45,225 bases of DNA, from positions 1 to 45,225 of the forward strand of contig JAFGGT010000031.1 in the NCBI GenBank assembly GCA_016930445.1, given 5' to 3'. Position 1 is the stretch's first letter. The number at the start of each line of letters is the position of its first letter. The position numbers and the translations under genes were made by a program. This DNA is from Candidatus Methanofastidiosia archaeon. Its GTDB lineage: Archaea; Methanobacteriota_B; Thermococci; Methanofastidiosales; NM3. Below the pieces are notes generated by a model, which saw only the letters and a list, made by a program, of their open reading frames with translations, was not told where the DNA came from and made no database searches. Shown here one piece after another: positions 45,140 to 45,225 of the stretch.

Positions 45140-45225
45140 ATGTTTTGCTACCAATGTGAAGAGGCCCTTAACGGACAGGGCTGTACAAAGACGGGCGTTT
45201 GTGGAAAATCAGATTCTCTTGCCAA
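45140..45225 (+). CDS. hcp: Hybrid-cluster protein (hydroxylamine reductase) N-terminus, truncated by the window edge
   Basis: Manual translation [28 protein letters not shown] matches the Hcp Cys cluster. GAGGAG RBS upstream. Confidence 0.9.
   Translation, partial: MFCYQCEEALNGQGCTKTGVCGKSDSLA

Overview
Archaeal chromosomal segment from the core genome, containing the replication origin. The cdc6-DP1-DP2 operon, ORB sequence type and heterotrimeric RPA point to a Thermococci-related euryarchaeon, possibly Methanofastidiosia (inference, not tested). oriC lies at about 28125-28430, upstream of cdc6, with three full ORBs, one mini-ORB and an AT-rich unwinding region. Gene orientation mostly flips across it. 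Around it lie replication and repair genes (PolD, two RPA systems, RadA, RNase HII, EndoIV, Nre) and translation/RNA-modification genes (tRNA-Ser(GCT), EF-1alpha, S10, Nop5, fibrillarin, Elp3). There are also thiamine uptake genes with ThiR, a PadR-RND pair and several metabolic genes. No CRISPR array, transposase, integrase or intein was seen. Most unusual: (1) a ThiI-derived THUMP protein with a destroyed PP-loop fused to an intact Nudix hydrolase; (2) an orphan ORB copy with an AT-rich tract beside tRNA-Ser, about 25 kb from oriC; (3) an apparently inactive cis-prenyltransferase-fold gene and a tandem Lrp-like gene next to oriC; (4) a structured RNA between tandem promoters upstream of tuf. 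All family assignments come from motif recognition by eye; no database search was run.
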